From Nemertoderma westbladi (taxonomy: Eukaryota; Animalia; Xenacoelomorpha): DNA of 61,622 bases. The stretch spans positions 1 through 61,622 of the forward strand of contig JAUCBJ010007384.1 in the NCBI GenBank assembly GCA_032718475.1. The letters are read 5' to 3'. Positions 35,713 to 46,905 of this stretch are shown here, piece by piece. Every line of letters begins with the position of its first letter. Position 1 is the first letter of the stretch. Below the pieces are notes generated by a model that was not told the DNA's origin, did no database searches, and was given only the letters and a program-made list of their open reading frames with translations. The position numbers and the translations under genes were made by a program.

Positions 35713-38700
35713 ATGCAGATGATGAGTCGATCTACTTCCAAAAGACAGGGATATACATCATCTGATGAAGGCGATACCACCGATCCTGAAGGCGGAGGAA
35801 ATAGATCTCGTCTAAGCAGACGTAGAAGAATGCCTCACCGTCAGAAATTGCCTGATTTGCCCCCAGCTGTTAGAAGGCAACTAGCTAGCACAGACTTAGG
35901 TAGTACAGAACCCACAGACCAAATTATTAAAATAGAAAGACTCCCTACTATAGTAGATGAGCCTGAAATAATTAGGCCTGTTCTCGAAGACACCCCTTCG
36001 GTGATAGAGACACCTGTACTCCCAGAACCTACCTCTAAATTCCCTTTGCACAGTACTAAACTACCTGTGCCCAGTAGGACTGTTCCCGAGTCCGAACCCG
36101 TCCTGGACGCCGAGCGAGATATCAAGAACTTATCGCCCGTCGTCTCTCGCTCGCCCGCTACTACGTTGGCGACTCCCGCTTCGGCGGTCGAGTGGGTAGC
36201 TGAGGGACGACGGGAGATGGGTCTCCTGCTCGGGCAGCTGAGGAAACACCGTAAGTGCTCCTCTCAGCAGGTCCGGGAGATGGAAGGAACTGTTCAGCAG
36301 TTCAAGGGCACAGTAAGGGAAAGTAGGTTAGAGTTGCAAGAAGTGCAGCAGAGTATCGCGTTAGAACGCGATAAATTGGTAAATATACAAAGGGGTATAC
36401 CACCAACCCCGGTAACAATATGTCAACCTGTTAGGTCTGAAGTATTTCATGCGCAAGGTGTTGAGCCTACACGCATCTATACTGCTAGTGAAGTAGAAAC
36501 TTCTATAGTAAACCCTATTAAGGGTAATTATAAACCTGTTGACAATGATATTCCATATAGACCTGATCATAATCCGAGAAATTTATACACCGATAATTCG
36601 ATATTAAATAACATGATGGCCCAAGAAAGTTTTACGCGTCAAATGGCTAGAACCGAAGCCCGTCAAGCGGTAAAGGTGGGAGAGATCGTCAAGTTCAATG
36701 GAGATGAGATGAAATGGTTACCTTTTAATGAATATTACAAAGATAACATACAGAACTCTGTACTATCTAACGGAGAGAAACTTAGATTCCTCATCGAGTG
36801 CTTGGAAGGATCTCCCAAGTTAATGGCGTTAAAGTTTATTGGACATCCAGATGGATTAAGACAAGTTTGGGATACACTAAACATCAGGTATGGTAATAGG
36901 AATAACATAGCTAGGTATTTGTATGCAAAATTGGTAGCCCCCCGAAAGTTCATTAGCAGCGGGATTATAGAGTTTTCCGATGAGATTCAGGAGATCTGTA
37001 GACAATTAAATTGGCTAGGTAAGTCTCATGAATATCAGAGTTCTATGGTTATTGGAGCCGTGGCCTCTACTTTACCAAAGGGTGGAGTAGGTACACGCTG
37101 GGATAAGAAAGTGTTATATATGATGGAACAACAACGACGAGACCCTACCATGGCTGATCTCATGTCATTCTTAGATGGAGAAGTAAAATTACAGCTCCTA
37201 AAGCAGTCCAGAGAGAAGACACCGGAAAATAAGGTAAGTGAGAAACCCGTTTCTAGGAGAAAGGTAACACCAGTGTGTTATACCGACGACGGCGAAAGCC
37301 AGGCTTCTCAAGAAGAAGACAGCGGGAAAGACACTGAAAGATCTTATTATGTCAACAAAACGCCTAAAGACGTAAGTAAATTAAAGTCTCGAACCAATGA
37401 CAGGAGAGAACAGGTAAGAAAAACTCCTCCTACGTCTCCTAAGAGAATTCATGTAAGAAAGCCCGAGGAAAGAACGAGTGTGCACAACGTTACTCAAAGT
37501 AAGGTAAGTAACATCAAACTGAAATGTGCTCTGTGTGACGGACCCCACCGTTTGAATGTGTGTGATGAATTCCTAAAGAAATCATTAAAGGATAGACGTG
37601 AAGTCATGTGGGATAAGCGGTTGTGTTATAATTGCCTCAGACAAGGACACCAATGGCGAACCTGTTACTCCGACGCAAGGTGTGCAAAGTGCGGCGCAAA
37701 ACATCATATCTTGTTGCACACTGAATTCGAACGAAACAGCCCGAGTCAGGTAAGTGAGTCCGAACTACATGTCCAATTCAGTGATGTGAACGACACTGAC
37801 CAAAGTTCTGAGATGGAAGGATTCTATACGGACGAATTCTCCGACGAAAACGAATCCTGTTACCTGATAAATACAGCAGTGTATCGAGCACTTACGTATG
37901 AAAAGGACACCGACAGCGAGCTCCCCCTAACTACTTCTGACCGACAACCATCTTGGAAAGCACCAACTTCCAATGTAGGAATCCGAGAATTTCCTGTAGT
38001 ACAGTTGAGGGTCCACGGACCTAAAAGGAGTTATATAGTGAACGCCCTCCTTGACTCCGGTAGCACAGGAACATTCATCGACAAAGAACTAGCCGAAGAC
38101 ATCTTTACTGGACAACCCAAGTTCCGAACTAAGTTAAACATGTCAGGAATTATGCAGGTTTGGAAATCTACAATAGTAGCGGATTATTATGTAGGTGCGT
38201 TGTCCACCCCCCAGGATGAACTAGGAGAACACAGTATAAGGTCAGTAAAAATGGTGGCGATAAAGAACTTCGCTACCAGCCAAGTAGAACCTTATAACTG
38301 GGATGAGGACGATTCCACCCAGCAACTTAATATACCTAGATTCAACACAGATTACCCTGGAGTGCAAATACTCATCGGCCAAAATGCGCATGAGGCGCTT
38401 GAGACATTGGAGAAACGGCCTGCTCAACCGCAACCACTACAAGCCTATGCGGGAAGAACTAGAGTAGGTTGGTACTTTACTGGCCCTTCCCGTAGAACTC
38501 TCATGGAAAGATTACCTAAAGAACAGGTATATCAATTAAGTGAATGGGAAGTGGAGAGCAGTGAAGTTGACGACCCAACTGAGGGAACACCATACTCCTC
38601 AGATAATGACGATCTTAACTCCAATGTAGATCAATGGAGATATTGCCCCGAGATGATTAATCTAGCCGACATCGCTTCCAGAGGAGCAACTCCTCAAGAA

Positions 38701-40980
38701 CTGACAGATACTCCAGACTGGTTAGGTGGACCCGACTTCCTAAGTAAAGAAGATGAATGGCCTCCCCATCTTACCACGGCTGAGATTAGACAAGCCAAGG
38801 GAGCGGAGAAAGTCAAACCTAAAACCCGGACGAGTAAATCAAGGTTATTTAAACCCGTGATAGATCTGTCTGTACTAGTACCATTTCGAAAGCGAGAACC
38901 TAAATTTATAAACAACCGACCCTTGGCGGAGAAAAGAATTGCGCAACTACATCGACGCCTTACGGCAAATGCTTCAGCTAAAGAAATGTACCAGACTCAG
39001 TTGAAGAAATTTATTAACAAGGGATATGTGGAGCGAGTACCGGAAGAAACACCCATAACTGAGAGAACGTACTATCTAACACATCATTACGTTCCCAAAC
39101 CCGGTAAACCCAATGAAGTACGGGTAGTATTTGATGGCTCTGCCCTCTACATGCACCAATCCCTTAATTCTGAGTTGTTACCAGGACCCACCTTACTCCA
39201 ATCCTTGTTGGGAATACTCTTAAGATTACGACAATATTCAATCGCTTTCGCCTCCGATATAGAAGGCATGTTCTTACAAGTCAAGGCGCTGGATAGGGAT
39301 CGAGACAGCCTACGATTTCTGTGGTGGCCTGAAGGAGACCTCAACCAGAAACCGGTGGAGTACTGGATGACCATCCAGGCTTTTGGGATCATCTCGAGCC
39401 CTTCAAACGCCTGCTCAGTGGTGCGAACCACTGCTGATGACAACCGGGACGCCTTCTCTAAAGAGGTGATCGACAACATCAAACGGGATATATACATGGA
39501 CGACAATTTAAAGTCCCTCCCATCAGTTGAAGAAGCCATTGATGTCGCCAAAGGAATGGTAGAGTGCTTAAAAAGAGGTGAATTTCGATTAACTAAATTC
39601 ACCAGCAACTCCCGTGAGTTTCTGGAATCGATCCCGGTAGAAGATCGAGGAGCGAAAGATCTAGACCTAATCAAAGACGATCTTCCAGAAACCAAGACAC
39701 TTGGTTTGAAATGGGACACAGAGAGAGATATCCTGTTTTTCCAGCCAAAACAGCGAGATAATCCAGTTCGGACTAAACGGATTTGTTTAAGTATCCTGAG
39801 CACTTATTTCGATCCATTGGGATTTATTAGCCCAGTTATATTGATTGCTCGGAGTTTAGTACAACAAATGTGGCTTGAAAACCACTCATGGGACGATCCA
39901 CTTAAGGGAGAACTATTAAGGAAGTGGATGAAATGGGAAGATTCTCTACCAGCCATCGAGAACTTTATAATTTCCCGTTCATATTTTGGTCATGTTCTCC
40001 CTACGTATTCCTATCAACTCCATGTGTTTGGAGACGCCAGCGATATGGGAATAGGTATAGTAGCCTACCTGAGAGTTGAAACTCTGGATGGAATCAAGGT
40101 CGCCTTGGTTACCTCTAAGGCCTTGATAAACAACAAGTTGAAAGTTCCTCGAGCGGAGTTAAAAGCGGCTCTATACGCTACAGCCATCGGCCGGAATGTA
40201 ACAGAACAGATCGACTATCCACTGGAGAAAACTGTCTATTGGACCGATGCGTTGCTCGTGTTGGAGTATATAACCAATGAAGTCTGTCAGTTCAGCGTTT
40301 TCGTTACCAACAGAGTAGCCATTATACTTAGTCGCACGAAGATAGATCAATGGAGACATTGCCCCGAGACGATTAATCTAGCCGACATCGCTTCCAGAGG
40401 AGCAACTCCTCAAGAACTGACAGATACTCCAGACTGGTTAGGTGGACCCGACTTCCTAAGTAAAGAAGATGAATGGCCTCCCCATCTTACCACGGCTGAG
40501 ATTAGACAAGCCAAGGGAGCGGAGAAAGTCAAACCTAAAACCCGGACGAGTAAATCAAGGTTATTTAAACCCGTGATAGATCTGTCTGTACTACACATTG
40601 CCAGGGACGACACTGTGGATCTAAACTCCCCCACCGCGAACAGATCTGTTGTGGAGATCAGAGAGAGAGACTGGAGATCTGGAACACCAGACGTCTCGCA
40701 GGGACCCTCACCTCTCCTGCCGGGAGCGATGGACCACTATAGCTCCTGGAATCGGCTTTGTAAGGCCATCGTGTATTTGAAGCGATGTTTCTATCGTCAC
40801 TATTCCAGGACAAAGAGGAATCCTGGAATTGGATTCGAAACACAACAACTCAATCGCCCAGTTGGTCGTTTATGTTTACTGGAAAGAGACAGAGAACTCT
40901 CCGGAAACTATGGAAGGCAAGATACTCTTCCCACGACCACCTCCCTAATCCAACAAACATCTAGGGACTCCCCAACGTAA
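35713..40980 (+). mobile_element. BEL/Pao LTR retrotransposon gag-pol polyprotein (gag, 3 zinc knuckles, aspartic protease, RT, RNase H; integrase core missing)
   Basis: Gag DUF1759-like FNGDEMKWLPF..EKLRFLIECLEG; knuckles CALCDGPHRLNVC, CYNCLRQGHQWRTC, CAKCGAKHHILLH; protease ALLDSGSTGTFI; RT VRVVFDGSA, DIEGMFLQV, LRFLWW, YMDD; RNase H FGDAS, PRAEL, YWTDA; Pao-type C-terminal RPVGRLCLL. Confidence 0.95.
38627..38877 (+). repeat. 251-bp internal duplication of 40343-40593 (post-RNase H segment) placed between protease and RT
   Basis: Identical apart from two C>T differences (gacat/gatat, gacga/gatga). Confidence 0.95.
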
Positions 40981-41537
40981 CAGCGTCTGGAGTGGGTGTG
41001 TGACTATATTATTTTATATTTGCTTTTATTATTTTATACTTATGTATGTATTATTATGTAATTTTATTATAATCGTTTTCTTTAATTTTATTTAGTAGAA
41101 TGTTCTTTTAGCGATTATTTAGTAGATTAGTGCCATATATATTCGCGTTTATTACTTAATTACTTATATATTATATATTTAGTGCGACGGCGAGAAATAA
41201 TTCTTTTTCTCTTTCCTTACTGTCTGTATCATATTATAAATACGTGACTACAGTAAGATGAAATGTCCGTACTTATTAAAGTACAATAAAGCTCCTACTA
41301 TATTCAAGTATTATTGGTAAGTAGAGTATTAGGAATGCAAAATTCAGATCCTCGTGTCTCGGCTAAACCAAGCTCTGGGTAGATCTTGGAAACGACTTGC
41401 CTCTTCTCACTGACATTTCTTCTTGCGATATTGCTCTCATACCGTATATTAAATAATACATATAGTAGTAGCGTGATGTCCCTTTAACAGTAGCGTAAAA
41501 CGCAAAATAAATCTGTTAAACCCTTTGACCATCTGTA

Positions 41538-41860
41538 ATTCTAGTCGATTAAGATATCGCGGCACCCACCGATATACTTGAAAGACAAAATTCTAGAATC
41601 AGTGGTTAACGTCCCCAGACAAGTTCTGGAATAAACTGGTGCCCATCCTAAATATTAACTATTAATATTTATAAAATCTGTCAAATTTTAGATCCTTTAA
41701 AATTCTAGTCTATTAAGATATCGTAGCACTTACCGATATTCTTAAAAAGACCAATTTCCTAGAATCAAGGATCCCAGTCCCCAGACATGTTCTGGAATAA
41801 AATTGTGTCTATTTAATATTAAATAATAAAATTTACGGAATAAATTTAAATTCATCTTTT
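41538..41860 (+). repeat. Two tandem ~163-bp diverged units, each forming the same long hairpin
   Basis: aattctagtc.attaagatatcg..ccgatat.ctt.aa..gac..ctagaatc..gtccccagaca.gttctggaataaa present at 41538 and 41701. Confidence 0.8.
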
Positions 41861-42619
41861 AATGAATTTGATAAATTGTCATTTTTACACAATTTATAAC
41901 ATTCCCAAAATTCCATAAATTAATAGATCATGGGAGCGGAGATTCACCCTATTAAGTGTATTAGTGTGCGAGAATCTCCAATATATAGTCAATAGCCGAT
42001 AAAATTCATAAAATCATGTATAAAGGGGATATTGACAATTAAAGAATTACTATTAAATAGCATCCCAGATCTGTATGCATGGGAATTACCCTAATTCTAC
42101 CGCTAGCTTTCCATAATGTCACCATAGCAACAACCATGCTAGAATTAGAAGTGAGTTAAAAGAACAATAGAAAGCTTGCCCCATTGAATAGCATAGGGAG
42201 TAAATAGCACACTGCTAGTATCCAAGGATACATAATAATAACGTGGCATTCTGGAAGGCACTGACTAACGGACAAATGGCCCGAATGTGTACAATTTGTG
42301 ACAGTTGTGTGGAATTTGTGCGTTTATAGGTGAATGTTACTACTAAAGTGTGTTTACAGTAGCGAGTCGCAATTGTGAAAGTAGCCCTAACTCTGCAGCA
42401 AGAACCTGAAGTAAATCTAAGCCTTTGGGACGGACAGTGGAGTGACTTGTGCCGGTTATCGTTGTCGTTGTGTAGCTACTACGTTGGCGAAAAACACAGC
42501 GACGACGGTACATCGGCGCTGAGGATCTTGCACTGTCCGGGGGCAGAGAGGGGTAGGCAGCGACGCCCGCTAGCCTAAATATAAACTCATTATAATATTG
42601 ATAAACTCATATAGCAGAT

Positions 42620-44055
42620 ATGACTGAGTTGATAGAAGATGATCTTGGTATCAGGGAGCGATATACTCTACCTTTACAAGCGTTTGTTGATAGCTTGATA
42701 CGTGGCGACTCTGGTCCAACTACTACGGAGGACGATGGTCGTTATATCGAACCGCCAATGTCCCAGGAGCAACTTACGCGTGAATTGGACTATAGAAAAT
42801 TCACCGCTCGCTATACGCATCGTAATGGTACGTATATGGACTTCTTAACTACCGGCCATCCTATCGATTTACACGATACGGACGATGTAGACACCGAAAG
42901 GGAAATGGTTTTATTTAAATATCATACCCAGCGGAGTCGGAACGATAAACCGAGAATGGAACACGAGAATTCTATTCGAAACAGACTCGAAAGAGAAGAC
43001 GTTGAAGAGCCAGATAAACGCAGCGATTTCAACGATTATCTGGAATTCCTGAGAGAAACATATCTCAATATTGCCAGTCAACAAAATCTAGAAACTCGAT
43101 ATCCTCAAGGTATACATCATGACCCTATGATAGAACTCAAACGACTCTATTTCACTATGATGTATCTTACCACCGATCGACCGCTACCTGTCATCCCAGA
43201 TAGCTTCAAACAGATGGAAGAATATTGTAAAACTGGAGAACGATCACCCGCGTTTCCCCTGCAGGACGTGCGTCTTTGGTATTACTGCGACGAATGCCCT
43301 AGACCCAATCAGCAAATGGAAATCCGCGGAGACGTTGCGCTAAACACAGTTTTACACGATATACTTATGGGAGTTTCGAGCGAAACCTGTTCGACGTATC
43401 ACCTACGCTCGCTCGACTCAAACGATCCTTAAATAAACCGATGATCAGAGTTCCGGAATACTCGGTCAGACCTCCTCATTCATCAGTGAGACCTCAAACG
43501 CTTGATCCTAATAGTATAACGGATCCCCCTGAACTGTACTCACTATTTAAAGATCTTGTGTTACCCGAGCAATTAATCGGTGGCACTCCGGTAGTGGGCT
43601 CTCTAGATATTCGCCAACCCTACCTAGCCGGATTAGGACGCGGTCATCTAATATCGCCGTTTAACCCGTACAACCATCCAGGCTTAACCCCGATACAACC
43701 CGTTACCGAAGTCGAAGACAGCGTTGTACGAAACGCGTTAGACGCTATTCGGCAGAAGATCGGAAAAGGAACTTACGATTGTTTAGAGAAATGCAAATTG
43801 CAGCAACAAGTCCAAGCGGTGAAAGAATTAGCTTTACCCCAGTTCGATAGAGAAATCCAGAATCTCGAGGAAGACATCGAACGTGGACGAACCTACTCTC
43901 TACAAGAGTTCCTAGACGAGCGTTTACAACAACAAGCGGAGGAAAATCAGCTCGAGGAGAAACACATAGAAATGGATGAGAGAGAAGAAGCAGCTTTAGC
44001 CCATAACTTTTTCGATTTTAAAGCTGTCGAGTTGAAAATTTGTAGGCATCAATAA
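42620..44055 (+). CDS. Orphan accessory ORF(s) downstream of BEL/Pao pol: 270 aa (42620-43432) + 204 aa (43441-44055), probably one ~460-aa frameshifted protein truncated near 44000
   Basis: Coding-like composition in AT-rich surroundings; the second frame is open from 43303 and overlaps ORF A; CxxC (YYCDEC) and C-terminal coiled coil; the last ~18 codons derive from an adjoining repeat (ccataactttttcg...). No recognisable family. Confidence 0.6.
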
Positions 44056-46905
44056 GACCAAAAGTGAGATTTTTTAGAGACTTTCAGACACCATAAGTTC
44101 AGCAGTCTGCCGCTAGAGGGCGGCAAAATGTCTGAAAGTGAAATCCTTGACCCATTCCGTTATTTATGATCCATTCAAGCTGAAACTTGTCAGATATGTG
44201 GTGGAATGTACCCGTGTCGTTGTGGGGTCAGTATTTAGTCTGCAGTGCTCCAGTCTGCCGCTAGAGGGCGAAATGTATGAAATTGGTAACCTTCCATATT
44301 TAATTGATCTTAATATGTTTAAGCTGAATGAATCATCGAATATAATATGTAGTAGGGCCTACCAGTTGAGGAGTTTTAATTTGCAGTTCTGGGTCTAGAG
44401 AGCGAATCGATATGCCTAAAAGTGAAAACCTTCTCCAACTTCTGTGATTTAAATTTGTTTTACATATGGAAAATTCCACGGTGTCGGACGTTACGGACAT
44501 TCTCGATTTTTGAATGTTTTTCTTTAAATTGACGAAAATACTTGAATTTTTGACATCAGATTGCGTTGAATAAATGAGACAATTTATTAATCTTTCCGAA
44601 TATCGCAAATACTCTGCATTGGGAAACCTTATTCTTCTTAAACAGTTGACTTTTAAAAAGGTGTTGGACGTTACAAAAATAGGACACTTTTTAAAGTACA
44701 TGTATTTTACTTTTGATTGCAATTAATGCCGAAGACTGGTATATTATTATTTTTGGGCTCAAATTGAAGCTCAACTATTCGATTTTTCGAAAAGGTTTTC
44801 GAAATTGCACTTTTGAAACCGACATTTGCAATTCAACGTTGTGCGGAATGGTTTCGGATGTTACATAAAAATTAGCAATATTTGGCCACCTTTGTCGGCT
44901 TTATTTTTCGTCTTTGGAATGTACTCTAGATGTCATTAGAACCGCCTTCATCTGCAGATTCCGAAACTGCAAGCCATTTTAAATTTCACCAACAATTGCC
45001 AAATAAATTATCAAAATACTAAGGTGTGAATTTTGTGTCGAAAATCGCAATTATTGAAACGTGAAACCTACAGTATTTTATTTATATTTATTTATGCCTT
45101 TTACACTACAGTATACACTGCAATTTAGACATTAAATACTAATAGTGTCGGACATTACAAGTGTCGGACCCTACAAACTTCATTCACTGAAATCACAGCC
45201 TTTATTGTAGCCTCGATTGCTGTAAATGGCACAAGAGACGACATCTTACGTCGGATTTTAATTTCGATGATATGGTTTGCCAAAAATAGTAAATAGGATG
45301 TACAAAAAAGTGTCGGACGTTACAATTGGGTACAGTAGCTTTTAATGCTTATTGTATGAGAAGCGTTCTATGTTTATGGCGTAGAACTACCTCATTGGAA
45401 TGTGCATTTACGGCTGATTACAATGAAATGTACCAATGATATTGATACACAGTAAAAAAATATTTGGCCTTGAATTTTGGTATTTTTTTCGTGTTTTCTT
45501 GATGATGGTCGATATAAGCGCAAAATTTCCTATTTTATACCCTCAAATGAATCTAAATTTTGTCAAATTCGAAAAATTTATAAAATTTTACCCAATAATT
45601 CATGACGTCATATTGCTTATTTTTTAAAGTTTTATTTTTTTCATATCGTGTCCCATTTTCTGTGGAAATGCCAATATGTACTATAGGTCTACGCCTACCA
45701 CATGGCGCGTCTTTGTGAAGAATGTGATCAGTCCACAGTTCTCCAGTCTGGTCTCGATCGAGGTGGTCGGTCTCAGTCGATATTGAACCGGCCCATGTTA
45801 AGTATAGCAGACTTTCTGATGTTACAGTATATTCACTTATATTTCACTTTGCAATTTACCTCCACGTGAAGAATACCAGGTTTTCACTAAAATCAGAGGT
45901 TACAGAAGGGCTTAATCTAAACAAAACAATACATGAATTGGTATCTGTACAGGTTAAATAAGCGCTATAAAAAATGAGAAATTTAACATAATGCATATTC
46001 TTCTTCATATATAAATTTTTAATTCGACCGAAAAGTGAAAACCTAGCATTCTTCTAAGGCGATTGATCAGTTACAACAGAGTTATTCTTCAACCGGATCG
46101 TGGATCAGATTCGTTGGTGACGATGATGGATTCCAAATTCAAATTTCAGATTCAAATATGTAAAAATATTTGAATTTGGTTGGTAAGTAACGGAGTTGTG
46201 GCCATTTCGAAAGCTGCATGTATTTGCTTCCGCTGGCAGGCCATTTATTCGATTTAATAAGTACGCCATATTCTAGAACATTTTGTTTTTCTATGAATAA
46301 CTAGTTGCCTTCTAGTATTATTAGGTGTTGCAAAGATATATAGTTACATAATGTAGAATAAATGGCCTCAAGCTCAGCAACTTTCAATGCCCATTCCCAG
46401 ATATTCCTTTTGAAAAGTTGTGAATTTATTACATATTTAGTTTCTCACAACGTCGTCTTCCCATCGCCACCACAACGAACAAGTCAACATTTTGAAATGC
46501 ATACTGCACCAAAAAGCGAAAAAGTAAAAAAAAGTGTAAGAGTAAGATATTTTGGGTTGACTATATTGAAGTGTGAATGTCTGTCAGTGTCAATATATAT
46601 ATATATCCAACACACAACCTTAGGGCCACTTATGGATGTAAGTAGGTGGCCTTATGGTTCTATTCAATATCCAACAGTGGCCCTATGGTCGGAAAGGTGG
46701 CCCTATGGTTTAATCGTGCCATAGGGCCACAGTGGCCCTATGGTATGAAGTAGTTGTAAGGCGTTAGAAGGTCCTTTGGACGTTAGGTGTTGCGTCTTTA
46801 GGTCCTATGAGTGGTTGTTATTAACCCCTGCGCTGTTAGGTTCTGTCATAATACAGTAGTTTTATTTATATTTAAAGCTGATTATCTTCTAAAATGCAAT
46901 AAGCC

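Noticed and set aside
41538-42580. Hammerhead ribozyme in the structured region
   Set aside because: No CUGAnGA/GAAA core in a three-stem arrangement was seen
42620-44055. Envelope (env) gene
   Set aside because: No signal peptide, TM helix or cysteine-rich ectodomain visible
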